DNA of 64,000 nucleotides from Candidatus Peribacteria bacterium (GTDB taxonomy: Bacteria; Patescibacteriota; Gracilibacteria; UBA1369; 2-02-FULL-48-14): positions 7,255 through 71,254 of the forward strand of contig CALRCE010000003.1 in assembly GCA_943354505.1 (NCBI GenBank), written 5' to 3'. Under the pieces are notes generated by a model. That model saw only the letters and a list, made by a program, of their open reading frames with translations. It was not told the origin of the DNA and did not search any database. Numbering within the stretch: the stretch's first letter is position 1; each line of letters begins with the position of its first letter. This document shows positions 26,860 through 36,204 of the stretch, one piece after another. The translations under genes and the position numbers were made by a program.

Positions 26860-28485
26860 TTATCTTTTAGGCGGGCTGTCGCTAGTAGTTTGTGCACTTG
26901 AGTATTGCGAAGGTCCGTAAAACCACGCGTAAGCACCAGCAAGGGACGAAAGGGCAAAAATGGTTCCTAGGACGGCCAAAACGCGCTTACAGTCACCCAG
27001 ATTTGTGCCGGTCAATTGAAGGGGAAAAGGCCGAGCCGCCGCTACTCCTCCAAGAATAGGGGCTCGTCTCTCAACTGCATCTGAGCCCCGCCCCACCCCA
27101 GCATACTGTTTCGGCTCAGGAATGTGGTTACTAAGATCGTAGAAGGGGTCGTCATCGGGCTCAATCTCGATAGGGCCGTCTGCCATTGGCATCATTTCTA
27201 AAAACCTGTCACCCGTAGCTCTATCAGAAGCGAGACTCGGCGTGATTGGACCCTCGTGCGAATTACCATCTAATTCCGGAGCCATTTGACCCAAAACTTC
27301 GTCCGGGTTGTTTGCACAAACAGTGTCACCATCGCTGATAAAAGAGCGATGAGGAAGAGTTTCTAGACCTTCATCATCCACGCGACTCAGCAAAGTCTCT
27401 CTTGCTACCTCACACGCATTTCTCATATGCGTCAAATATCCTACCGCATCTTCAACACGACCTTGAAGGCTTGGTACAGTCGGGCAGCGAAGAAAGTCCA
27501 GTAAGTAATCCTTGATCAAAGCAAGACCCCTTCCTTCTAGCCCATTCTCATCCATTACACACACGCTTTCTGGAACAAGATTAGCCACTCTTATGAGCCT
27601 AGCCCACACATCATGCAATTGTTTTGCGTTGATGCCCACGTCACAGCCACGAAACTGTTCGATCAGCGCCTCTAAAAAATGAATGAAGCAGCGGGCTTCT
27701 TTTGCCGTGATCTTACCAGTCTGTTTAGTACCGACTAAGACCCACACATAGTCGTCTTTAAAGTCACTGGTCGCACCAAGATCTTTAGGCAGTGTAGAAG
27801 CAGAAGTGAATTCAACAGAATAGGCAGCGGGAGGTGAAACCTCGAATCTCTCCACAGCACCCTTCAGTCGTCCAAGAGCACTTTGCAAACCTCGAGCCAA
27901 CGTAAGTACCTCGTCATGAGTTCTTGTGCAGCATAACTCCCTAAGGAACGATTGAAATTCTTCATCCAACTTCAGTTGACTTCCCCCATCGCGTCTATTG
28001 ACCATTTCTACTGAGACGTTATAGACCGCCCTTATATCACCAAAAAACCGAACCAAAGCCTCACGGATTTCCTCGACGGGAAGGGCCGCACATTGAAGGA
28101 TTTCATCAACACGCTTGATCGCAGGGGCCAAACCGAGTGAAAGAGCCGACGGCTGATGGCCCAGCACAGGGAATACTGCCACAGGGGGAATGGGTCTGGG
28201 CGGCACCACTTTAGCAGCCTCTCTCGCACTGGCCGCCTCCTCTGCCCGACGAGCCCCCTCTCGCTCAGCCTCCTCGCGATCTCTAGCTTTTTGCAAAGGA
28301 GCATCCGCTACTCGAGCACGATAAGCTTCCATAAATCGGCTTACTTCAAATTCACTCATTACCGTTGTCCCATCGCCATCCAAAGCATCCATTTGTCCAA
28401 GAGCATCAACATCGTCACAACCTAGGCTTACCGTTGAGGCGTCAGCGAAGGCATCTTCACAGGTGAGAGCTAAAGTATCTGACAT
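26860..28485 (-). CDS. Hypothetical tail-anchored protein
   Basis: 541 aa. Acidic N-terminus, a charged helix KARDREEAEREGARRAEEAASAREAAK, and a single C-terminal TM helix VLAVLGTIFALSSLAGAYAWFYG. Confidence 0.5.
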   Translation of the reverse strand: MSDTLALTCEDAFADASTVSLGCDDVDALGQMDALDGDGTTVMSEFEVSRFMEAYRARVADAPLQKARDREEAEREGARRAEEAASAREAAKVVPPRPIPPVAVFPVLGHQPSALSLGLAPAIKRVDEILQCAALPVEEIREALVRFFGDIRAVYNVSVEMVNRRDGGSQLKLDEEFQSFLRELCCTRTHDEVLTLARGLQSALGRLKGAVERFEVSPPAAYSVEFTSASTLPKDLGATSDFKDDYVWVLVGTKQTGKITAKEARCFIHFLEALIEQFRGCDVGINAKQLHDVWARLIRVANLVPESVCVMDENGLEGRGLALIKDYLLDFLRCPTVPSLQGRVEDAVGYLTHMRNACEVARETLLSRVDDEGLETLPHRSFISDGDTVCANNPDEVLGQMAPELDGNSHEGPITPSLASDRATGDRFLEMMPMADGPIEIEPDDDPFYDLSNHIPEPKQYAGVGRGSDAVERRAPILGGVAAARPFPLQLTGTNLGDCKRVLAVLGTIFALSSLAGAYAWFYGPSQYSSAQTTSDSPPKR

Positions 28486-28634
28486 ACTCGAATAGCAAAA
28501 GTACAGAAAGGCTGAATTTCAGCATATAATGATAGTTAAGTCAATAGTAAACGCCGTGAGTGACGAAATTCGGTAAGTGGCCAAAGAAGGTGCCCACGTT
28601 TAATCCTGCCGTGGCTGCTTCTCGCTGTGAGGAG

Positions 28635-29669
28635 TTACAAAAAATCACGCAAAAACCTCCCCAGTCTGTACAAGGACCACCATAGCCGTCGGTACACAAA
28701 GACCCTTGCCCCGGGGTATTCGACACGGCTCCCGCCAAAACGCGTTTTGAACTGGGTCACTCCCGCCAAGGCATGCTTCTCGCCCGCCACTCCTTCGGGA
28801 GCGATGCCTAAGAAGTCGTAGCTTTTAAACCCGGCCTTTTTAGCCTCGTAGATCGCATGCCACTGCAAAAGGTAAGGCGCCATGACCTTGCGGTCTTCGT
28901 TGGACGAAGCACCGAAGTAATACGTGGCCGTATCGCCAAACAAAGTGACGAGCATTCCGCCCACAATCCGCCCTTCAAAATCCGCGACATACAGCACCGC
29001 ATCGTCACCCAAAATCCGCAAAAAATCCTTATAGAACGAAAGAGGGTGCACTCCAAAGCCATCCCGCGCTCCCGTTTGGGCCAAGATGGCATAGAAAGCG
29101 GCCAAATCCTTCTCCTCGCCCCGTCGCACGACAACACCCGCCTTTTCAGCCATCTTGATGTTGTAGCGGCCTTTTTGTGCCATTTGTTCCAGCAGCGCTT
29201 TTTCAGAAAGCCCCAAATCTACAGGCAGCGTATGCGAAGGCAAATATTCCTCTTTCCCGGGCGCGCCTTTTAGCGTCAACCCTTCGGGCAAGATTCCAGG
29301 CTCCAACCGCAAAAAAACATCTCCGTTCAGGCGCGCCCAATTCCGGCACGCTTCTTGCAAAAGATCCCACGCTTCTTCGGCTTCCTCATCCGCGAGCCCA
29401 TTCTTTAAAACCGCCCCCCGCGGCGCCCAGAGCCAGGTTTTTCCAAAGCCCATTTCTTGCCGCACCACCAAAAGACTCGCCAAAAACGCACCCTTTTTTT
29501 CATCGCCTTCCTCTTCAACCACCGCGAAAACTCTAAAGCCAGGCCGCCCCTTCAGGCTAGTCTGCAATTCTCCCCACGCCCAAGTCTGCTCAATCGGGCT
29601 GCCCGCCTGCCCCGCCACAAACTTCGCCAATTCCTTCTGATGAGATGAGTCGAGAACAGTGCTGTGCAT
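28635..29669 (-). CDS. FemAB-family peptidyltransferase (lipid II peptide-bridge/branch formation)
   Basis: 344 aa with the length and pattern of the FemX/FemAB family (QTWAWGELQ ... FKTRFGG). Confidence 0.75.
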   Translation of the reverse strand: MHSTVLDSSHQKELAKFVAGQAGSPIEQTWAWGELQTSLKGRPGFRVFAVVEEEGDEKKGAFLASLLVVRQEMGFGKTWLWAPRGAVLKNGLADEEAEEAWDLLQEACRNWARLNGDVFLRLEPGILPEGLTLKGAPGKEEYLPSHTLPVDLGLSEKALLEQMAQKGRYNIKMAEKAGVVVRRGEEKDLAAFYAILAQTGARDGFGVHPLSFYKDFLRILGDDAVLYVADFEGRIVGGMLVTLFGDTATYYFGASSNEDRKVMAPYLLQWHAIYEAKKAGFKSYDFLGIAPEGVAGEKHALAGVTQFKTRFGGSRVEYPGARVFVYRRLWWSLYRLGRFLRDFL

Positions 29670-29740
29670 GAGTGAAGTTTAACAGAAGGAGTCATGAGCG
29701 GTGGGCTGAAGCTATTTACAAAACGCAAAAAGATGCTAAA

Positions 29741-30085
29741 ATGATTGGCCCTAACCAAAATTCTATGGGAGGCCGTCCAGGTGAAAATGAAAGTTCCGAA
29801 AATATTTATTCCCGAGTAGGCGTGATGGTCCAACGTGGGGCAGGAGCGCAAATTGAGCTTTTAGCAGCTCCTTTCTCGCCTGCGACCTTCGACAGTGCCC
29901 TGATGTGCACAGCGGGCGAAAGCACTCGCGCAGATCGAGACGCTTTCGGCCCAGTAGGGAAAGAACCCCAAACGACAGAGGCCCCAAGAGGAACCTTGCC
30001 AGAAGGAACCGACCTCACAGAGGTATACGGATGCACGGCAGATGAACTGCAAGCATTTTTTGCGAGACCAGAGAACAAGCTTTAG
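29741..30085 (+). CDS. Small hypothetical protein
   Basis: The ORF frame is open from 29672; the first ATG is at 29741. A strong intrinsic terminator follows. The composition is low-complexity, so coding status is uncertain. Confidence 0.3.
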   Translation: MIGPNQNSMGGRPGENESSENIYSRVGVMVQRGAGAQIELLAAPFSPATFDSALMCTAGESTRADRDAFGPVGKEPQTTEAPRGTLPEGTDLTEVYGCTADELQAFFARPENKL

Positions 30086-30102
30086 TCACCCGACCACCTA
30101 AA

Positions 30103-30131
30103 AGAGCCCCAGTCGGGGCTCTTTATTTTTT
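30103..30131 (+). terminator. Rho-independent terminator
   Basis: Hairpin AGAGCCCC-AGTC-GGGGCTCT (30103-30122) followed by TTATTTTTT. Confidence 0.6.
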
Positions 30132-30179
30132 CTTAAAGCAGAGAATCCGGTAACATCCTCACGTTCACCCACCCCTCCC

Positions 30180-31205
30180 ATGCCAAACAAAATCACACTT
30201 TCCCTGCTTAGCCTCAGCCTTTTGTTCGCCACGGCTTGCAACAGCGGCGAAGTCCAGCCCGAGCCTGTCACTCCAGAGGCCACTCTGGATCCAAAAGACA
30301 CAAGGTACACGATGTTTATTTTGAACGTCCACGACTGGCTTCTCGGCGAAGATTCCATCGAAACGGTGAACAAAGTCATCGACATTCACGAGGAGTACGA
30401 CATCCCAGTCAACATTTACTTAACCGACCCCATTGTTCAGCTCTACGTCGAGCAAGCGCCTGACCTCATCGAACGGCTGAAAACCTCAGAAGTGGTGACC
30501 GTTTCTTACCACACCCGTCCACCCACCCCTTACTACTCGGACTTTGACATTATTGGCCTCCACGAACTCAGCGACCAAGAGATCTACGACACGATCATGG
30601 ACTACGAAACCCACCGCCTCGACTTGAGCACCGGCCTGCCCACCGAAGAAGAAGGCGGTTACGCCTATCTCACCGAACTCATGGGCTACGCGCCAGTGAC
30701 GGTTGGGGTTTTCAGCACCTATAAAAACGTAGAAACTCAAGCCTTAAAGGTCTACAAAGACCTTGGAGCGACCTTCACGCTGGTGCACGAAAAAACCAGC
30801 GCCCTGGGCGACACCAAAGGCGGTCTTTACTTGAGACCAGAACAGATCGAACTGAAGCTGTACGAATCCAAGGCCTTAGACTCAACGGCCCAAGGAGTCA
30901 TCGAAGACGCCATGAACGCTTACACCGGGGACACGAGCGACGGAATCTTCATGAACATCAAATTCCACGAAGACAATTTTTACCTCAACGGCACCCCCTG
31001 GCTTTCCAACTTTTACACAGATGGAAAGGACTCCGCGCGCAAAGAAACGCCCTTCGACATCGAAACGGTGGACGTAAAGGAAAAAACAAACGTCGAAAAA
31101 ACTCACATGTGGGAGCTTTACGAACAAGGGGTAAAATACGTCAAAGACAACGCAGAAACCATGCACCCCATCAGCGAGGCGGACCTTCAGGACATGCTCA
31201 ACTAG
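30180..31205 (+). CDS. Putative lipoprotein of unknown function
   Basis: 341 aa. Signal peptide with lipobox-like LLFATAC followed by NSGE. Confidence 0.55.
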   Translation: MPNKITLSLLSLSLLFATACNSGEVQPEPVTPEATLDPKDTRYTMFILNVHDWLLGEDSIETVNKVIDIHEEYDIPVNIYLTDPIVQLYVEQAPDLIERLKTSEVVTVSYHTRPPTPYYSDFDIIGLHELSDQEIYDTIMDYETHRLDLSTGLPTEEEGGYAYLTELMGYAPVTVGVFSTYKNVETQALKVYKDLGATFTLVHEKTSALGDTKGGLYLRPEQIELKLYESKALDSTAQGVIEDAMNAYTGDTSDGIFMNIKFHEDNFYLNGTPWLSNFYTDGKDSARKETPFDIETVDVKEKTNVEKTHMWELYEQGVKYVKDNAETMHPISEADLQDMLN

Positions 31206-31212
31206 GCAACGC

Positions 31213-32445
31213 CTACTTTTGCATCTTCTGCCTAATGAACGCAGGAATGTCGTATTCGCTGCCGCCGTCTTCACTCATAGGGAGTGAAGGATTGCTGGGG
31301 CGAAGTTCCGTGTTGGATTTTGGAAGTCCAGAAGGCTGTTGCATGGGCTTTTGCATTCCAACCGCACTCGTTCCCATCGGGCGGAATTCGCCGAGAGGAC
31401 GAGTGATCGAAACACCCCGTTTGATGTCGTCGAATCCAGTCGCCACCACCGTGATCTTGATTTCTCCAGTGTAAGAGTCGTTGATGACCGCTCCGAAGAT
31501 GATGTTGGCCTCAGGGTCCGCCGCTTCCGTGATGATGCGAGCCGCTTCATCCACTTCAAACATAGACAAGTCGCTTCCTCCAGTGATGTTGAACAAAATT
31601 CCTTTTGCTCCTTGGATATCGAGTTCGAGCAAAGGACTTTCTACTGCAGCACGAGCCGCTTCGGTCGCACGGTTTTCTCCTGTTCCATATCCGATTCCCA
31701 TGAGGGCGGATCCGGCGTTTTCCATGATCGCTTTCACATCGGCAAAGTCCACGTTGATCATTCCGTGTACGGTGATCAAATCGGAGATGCCTTGGACACC
31801 TTGTCGGAGTACATCGTCCACCACCATGAAGGCCTCCGTGAGAGGAGTCTTTTTGTCGATGAGCGACAAAATCTTGTCGTTCGGGATCGTGATCAGCGTA
31901 TCAACCTTATTTTTGAGGTTCTCGAGTCCTTCTTCGGCTTGTGTACGACGACGGTGTCCTTCAAACGTGAAGGGTTTGGTCACCACAGCGACGGTCAGAA
32001 TTCCCATGTTGCGAGCGATCTCGGCAATGACCGGTGCAGCTCCCGTTCCCGTTCCTCCTCCAAGTCCACAAGTGATGAAGAGCATCTCAGTTCCCTCCAA
32101 CGCCTGTTTGATTTCTTCTGTGGATTCCTCCGCCGCTTGTCGGCCCACATCGGGGTGACTTCCAGCGCCAAGACCACGAGTCGTGGCCTTACCAATGTTG
32201 ATTTTGGTGGCCGCTTCGCTGTGGTACAAAGCTTGAGCATCGGTGTTCACCGCAATGAACTCAATCCCCTTGATGTTGGATTTGATCATGCGGTTGAGCG
32301 CGTTTCCGCCTCCCCCTCCGGCACCCATCACTTTGATGCGGGCAACAGGAGTCACTTCAGAAGGGTTCACTTCGAAGTTTTTACGGGGCTTGGAGCCGGA
32401 GAACAGCGTTTTCAAGCTGTCGTCGTTTTGAGATGAGCTGGCCAT
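31213..32445 (-). CDS. ftsZ: Cell division GTPase FtsZ
   Basis: 410 aa. Motifs [31 protein letters not shown] and NVDFADV. Confidence 0.95.
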   Translation of the reverse strand: MASSSQNDDSLKTLFSGSKPRKNFEVNPSEVTPVARIKVMGAGGGGGNALNRMIKSNIKGIEFIAVNTDAQALYHSEAATKINIGKATTRGLGAGSHPDVGRQAAEESTEEIKQALEGTEMLFITCGLGGGTGTGAAPVIAEIARNMGILTVAVVTKPFTFEGHRRRTQAEEGLENLKNKVDTLITIPNDKILSLIDKKTPLTEAFMVVDDVLRQGVQGISDLITVHGMINVDFADVKAIMENAGSALMGIGYGTGENRATEAARAAVESPLLELDIQGAKGILFNITGGSDLSMFEVDEAARIITEAADPEANIIFGAVINDSYTGEIKITVVATGFDDIKRGVSITRPLGEFRPMGTSAVGMQKPMQQPSGLPKSNTELRPSNPSLPMSEDGGSEYDIPAFIRQKMQK

Positions 32446-32539
32446 AGGGACAGGGTAAAGGAGTTAGGGGCGGCGTAGATCACTCAGCGGAGCTGAGTTT
32501 TAATAACAAAAGGAATTTTTATTTTGGAGAACCACTGTA

Positions 32540-33784
32540 TCACGGAAGCAGTCCGCGGAACCAGTTTTTGATTCCTTGGCCCATCTTTTCGAAGTTCAGG
32601 TTCTTCATATCGAACTTAAAACTGTAGTTGTCGCCTTGAAAGCGAGACCCCCAGACCACGAGCCCGAGCACACTGGCGTAGGCAGGATCTTCAATCTTAT
32701 CCACCACGCCTTCGTAGTTGGTGGGGAATCCGATTTGAATGGGCAAGTTGAGAACTTCACGAGCGAGGTCAATCACGCCGGGCATCTTCACGGCAGCGCC
32801 ACACAAAATGGCTCCGGCAGGCAACATTCCGTCGCGTTGAACGCGAGCGAGTTCATCCTTCACCATCGCAAAAATCTCGTGATAACGCGCTTGAATGATT
32901 TCAGCGAGTTGCTTTTTGGAAACGGTTTGAGTGTCGATTTTAGAAAGCAAGGAAAGGTCGATGGTTTCACGGTCGTGAATGTCTTCGGGAATGCAAGATC
33001 CATATTCGATCTTAATCTTTTCAGCGGTGTCGATAGACGTGCGCAGTCCAATCGCAATGTCGTTGGTCACATTGTCTCCGCCTACTGGCAAAGAAGCGCT
33101 GTGCAGCACCGTTCCTTCTTCAAACACAGCCACGTTGGTTCCTCCACATCCAATGTCTACGACCACCACGCCAAGTTCTTTCTGGCGTTTTGTCAAAACC
33201 GCTTCCGCAGCCGCAAGGCCACAAGGGATGATGTCGTTGATGTCCACGCCGGCTTGGTGCACACACTTTTCAATGTTCTTCACGGCAGGAACGAGTCCCG
33301 TAACAAGATGCGCGAGCACTTCGAGACGAATTCCGGTCATGCCCACAGGGTATTTGATGCCCATCTGTTCATCCACGGTGAAGCTCTTTGGAATGATGCG
33401 CAAAATGCGTCGATTGTTCGGAATGGCCACGGCCTGAGCCGCTTCCAGCACACGATCCACGTCGTCTTCGATGATTTCATTCCCGGTGTGAGAAATAGCG
33501 ATCACGCCCTTGCTGTCCATGGACGCAATGTGGTCTCCCGAAATTCCCAAGAACACGGCATGAATCGGTTCCCCCGCCATGCGTTCGGCGTCTTCCAAAG
33601 CCGACGAAATGTTCGCAACGGTTTCTTCCACATCGATGATGTTTCCTTTTCGTAGTCCTCCCGATGGAGAAACTCCGACCCCGATAATATTAGGCTGAGT
33701 GCTCTCCTCGTCCAGAACGGCAACCGCCGCACGGATTTTAGAGTTTCCAATATCAAGCCCAGCAATGATTCTGTGTTTTGGCAT
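32540..33784 (-). CDS. ftsA: Cell division protein FtsA
   Basis: 414 aa. Actin-like ATPase motifs (GLDIGNSKIRAAV, VVVDIGCGGTNVAVF), located upstream of ftsZ. Confidence 0.9.
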   Translation of the reverse strand: MPKHRIIAGLDIGNSKIRAAVAVLDEESTQPNIIGVGVSPSGGLRKGNIIDVEETVANISSALEDAERMAGEPIHAVFLGISGDHIASMDSKGVIAISHTGNEIIEDDVDRVLEAAQAVAIPNNRRILRIIPKSFTVDEQMGIKYPVGMTGIRLEVLAHLVTGLVPAVKNIEKCVHQAGVDINDIIPCGLAAAEAVLTKRQKELGVVVVDIGCGGTNVAVFEEGTVLHSASLPVGGDNVTNDIAIGLRTSIDTAEKIKIEYGSCIPEDIHDRETIDLSLLSKIDTQTVSKKQLAEIIQARYHEIFAMVKDELARVQRDGMLPAGAILCGAAVKMPGVIDLAREVLNLPIQIGFPTNYEGVVDKIEDPAYASVLGLVVWGSRFQGDNYSFKFDMKNLNFEKMGQGIKNWFRGLLP

Positions 33785-33790
33785 GGCACG

Positions 33791-33819
33791 ACTTTAGACC
33801 AGCCAGACCAGCTTTTCAA
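33791..33819 (-). promoter_or_regulatory. Sigma70-like promoter for ftsA, leaderless geometry
   Basis: Minus strand: TTGAAA (33819..33814), 17 nt, TAAAGT (33796..33791), exactly 6 nt, then the ATG at 33784. Confidence 0.5.
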
Positions 33820-34053
33820 GAGCATGTATTTAAAAAATAGCGCAGCAGGAAGCCAATCTTAGGCTCTTGACTCAAAAATGTATGCGGATTTTACGGCTTC
33901 AAACAGCCCGAAGCGCGCAAATTTTACGCCCCCAAAAAAAGCCCTTGCCTAAGGATGAAATTATGGAGAAAAGAAACCCGCCTCCTCGCAAGCGCGAACA
34001 AACGCTTTATGCAAGCCAAAAACAGATGAACAAGAAAGTTGTGCACAGTAAGC

Positions 34054-34986
34054 CTAAAACAACTTCCCCTGAGCCTCACGCAGTTCGAGCTCGCGGCTGT
34101 AGTCCCAGCCTTTATTCAGCCCCTCTAAACGTCGCCATAAGGTTCGGAACCCCATTTTTTCAAAGGTGGCACGAGCTTTCTCTAGGTCAAAATCGTGGAC
34201 TTTGCACGCGGCCAAGTCGAAAACAATGCCATCCTCTCTTAAAATGGTCGCCACTTTTTTACAGAGCCGCGCCTCTGCTTCATGCGCACGCATGAGCTCT
34301 CGAATCCGGACCGGCTCCACCTCTTCGATCCGCTCATAAATGCCTTCCACGCTGCCGAACTGCTCGAGCAACTTGCACGCCGTCTTCTCGCCAATGCCCG
34401 GCACGCCCGGAATATTGTCGCTGTGATCGCCCGAAAGCCCCTTAAAGTCCGGCACTTGCTCGGGCCACACGCCCATTTTTGCCTTCACCGCCTCGCGGTC
34501 GTAACGCACCACCTTGGTATAGCCACTGACCGGCGTGACCACCGTAGTCTGCCCTCTCACCAGCTGAAAAGCATCTTTATCGCCCGTCACAATGATCGTT
34601 TGCACCTCAGGGTGTTTCTGCTCCACTTCCTCAGAAACAATGCCCAAAAAATCATCCGCCTCCAAGCCCTCCTTCTCATAAGCAGGGATCGAGAGCGAGT
34701 CCAAAACCTGGCGCACCAAAGGAAACTGCACGATCAGCGCATCATCGGTTTTCACCCGTGTCGCCTTGTATTCGGTAAAAATTTCATCCCGGAAGGTCGG
34801 CCCCTTCATATCCCACGCGGTGACCAGGTAGTCCGGCTTCTCGGCCTCTAAAATTCCCAAAACAATGCTCGTGAATCCGTAAACCGCATTGGTTTGCGTC
34901 CCATCCGGAGCCCGCAAAGTCGGCGGAACCGCATGATAACAGCGGTGCACCAGAGCGTTTCCATCGATGAGGATGAGTTTTTTCAT
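34054..34986 (-). CDS. 5'-3' exonuclease / flap endonuclease (Pol I N-terminal domain type)
   Basis: 310 aa. N-terminus MKKLILIDGNALVHRCYHA, motif GIPGVPGIGEKTA (H3TH), and no polymerase domain. Confidence 0.85.
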   Translation of the reverse strand: MKKLILIDGNALVHRCYHAVPPTLRAPDGTQTNAVYGFTSIVLGILEAEKPDYLVTAWDMKGPTFRDEIFTEYKATRVKTDDALIVQFPLVRQVLDSLSIPAYEKEGLEADDFLGIVSEEVEQKHPEVQTIIVTGDKDAFQLVRGQTTVVTPVSGYTKVVRYDREAVKAKMGVWPEQVPDFKGLSGDHSDNIPGVPGIGEKTACKLLEQFGSVEGIYERIEEVEPVRIRELMRAHEAEARLCKKVATILREDGIVFDLAACKVHDFDLEKARATFEKMGFRTLWRRLEGLNKGWDYSRELELREAQGKLF

Positions 34987-35088
34987 GGGGTGGATACCGC
35001 CATCTTATAATAAATCGAGCCTAAGGGTTAGGCATTTTTACAGTGAGTGCAGGCTCACTGGACGTAGTCTAGCGCCAATTGAAATGGA

Positions 35089-35607
35089 CTAAAAATCCCC
35101 GCAACGATCCTTCACGGGAAGGCACCGAGCAAAACCTAAAGGCCCAAAAGCAGGTTCCAATAGATAAGCCGAACGATAAAAATCCTCCTCTTTCCCACCA
35201 GGACACGCCCCCTGCCACTGATCGTGGTAAGGCTTCAGGGCGGCCGTTCCATCTCTGTAGATTGTGTGTCCAACCTCTGCCAAAAAGCCAGAAGCGCCTT
35301 TGCCGTCCAACCCTTCGTTGAGGGCCCAGTTCAGCTGAATGGCCGGGCCTTTGTCTTCTTGAGAGTATTGAAAAGGGAAACCTCTCTGGGTGAGAGTGCT
35401 GTTCTTAGGAGAGCCCCAAAACGCCTCCAGCTGGACCTTCAGATCATCGATTTCTTCCTTCAAACACGCCTCAGGGCTTGCTGCAACCGTGAGGGTTGAG
35501 AAGTCCGCACGTGGCACTTCAGCCTGTTCGGAGCTGGCATTCGCCGGATGGCCCGAAGGACTACATCCCTCCAAAAGAGTAAACAGCAGAGCAGCAGGAG
35601 CGTTCAT
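35089..35607 (-). CDS. Putative lipoprotein
   Basis: Start trimmed to MNAPAALLFTLLEGCS (lipobox-like). No known domain. Confidence 0.4.
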   Translation of the reverse strand: MNAPAALLFTLLEGCSPSGHPANASSEQAEVPRADFSTLTVAASPEACLKEEIDDLKVQLEAFWGSPKNSTLTQRGFPFQYSQEDKGPAIQLNWALNEGLDGKGASGFLAEVGHTIYRDGTAALKPYHDQWQGACPGGKEEDFYRSAYLLEPAFGPLGFARCLPVKDRCGDF

Positions 35608-35689
35608 ACGAGCAGAAAAAGATAGACGAAACAATAACACAATCACGCTTTAAGACAATAGCTCCTCCCTAGAATCCCCACAGAGGCAA

Positions 35690-35718
35690 TTGAAAAACCC
35701 GCTTCTTTCTGGTACAAT
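35690..35718 (+). promoter_or_regulatory. Near-consensus sigma70 promoter, leaderless geometry
   Basis: TTGAAA (35690-35695), 17 nt, TGgTACAAT (extended -10; hexamer 35713-35718), 6 nt, then the ATG at 35725. Confidence 0.5.
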
Positions 35719-35724
35719 GAGCTA

Positions 35725-36204
35725 ATGTCTTCACGTATGGCAAAAACAAAAATCCAAGCCCTCAAGCTAAAAGTCCGCATTCCAAAACTGATCCTGGATG
35801 TGCGCGGTGCAGACCCCAGGCTCCTGGAAGAGCTGCTCCCCGCCCTCGAAAACCTCGATGCGCGCGTTCGAGTGCTGGGCACCGGACTCAAGACGCTTTC
35901 TCACACCTTTTCTCTGGAAGAGGCCTTAGAAGAGGCTCACCTCTGGGTTTTTTTAGGAGACAAGCTTCCCAAAGACTTTGAAATGATCGTGGAACGTGGA
36001 ATCGTTCCGGTGATGAAAGAAGGACTCCATCACGACGCCGAAAACTACAATCCCGTAGAAGAACACGGAAACGCCTTCCTCTTTCACGAACTCAGCGCCT
36101 GGCAAGTCTACGGCTCCATCGTGCGCGCCGTCGAAAACTTCGCCTTCAGCTACGACTGGGAAAACCTCCGCAGCCAAGGCCGCTGCCTAATGGAGCGTGC
36201 TTAG
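35725..36204 (+). CDS. Stand-alone protein resembling the C-terminal tail of glycogen/starch synthase (GT-B)
   Basis: 159 aa. The segment GIVPVMKEGLHHDAENYNPVEEHGNAFLFHELSAWQVYGSIVRAVENF..WENL follows the GlgA C-terminal pattern. The catalytic N-terminal parts are absent. Confidence 0.35.
   Translation: MSSRMAKTKIQALKLKVRIPKLILDVRGADPRLLEELLPALENLDARVRVLGTGLKTLSHTFSLEEALEEAHLWVFLGDKLPKDFEMIVERGIVPVMKEGLHHDAENYNPVEEHGNAFLFHELSAWQVYGSIVRAVENFAFSYDWENLRSQGRCLMERA

Noticed and set aside
29694-29744. 16-codon ORF (MSGGLKLFTKRKKMLK) preceded by AAGGAG, with its TGA overlapping the ATG at 29741
   Set aside because: This organism shows essentially no SD usage elsewhere. The stretch is also the predicted promoter and upstream region of the divergent FemAB-family gene. 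It is probably chance, though coupling to the 29741 ORF cannot be excluded.
32478-32496. Hairpin ACTCAGC-GGA-GCTGAGT between ftsA and ftsZ as a terminator
   Set aside because: The T-run follows it only on the plus strand, while both genes are transcribed on the minus strand. At most it is an mRNA processing or stability element.
33867-34295. 142-aa plus-strand ORF spanning the ftsA-exonuclease spacer
   Set aside because: Its 3' half is antisense to the well-supported 5'-3' exonuclease gene, the composition is basic and low-complexity, and the spacer contains the ftsA promoter.
35019-35060. Two hairpins (GCCTAA-GGG-TTAGGC and CAGTGAG-TGCAGG-CTCACTG) downstream of the 35089 lipoprotein gene as terminators
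   Set aside because: Neither is followed by a clear U-tract in the minus-strand transcription direction. The evidence is too weak to annotate.
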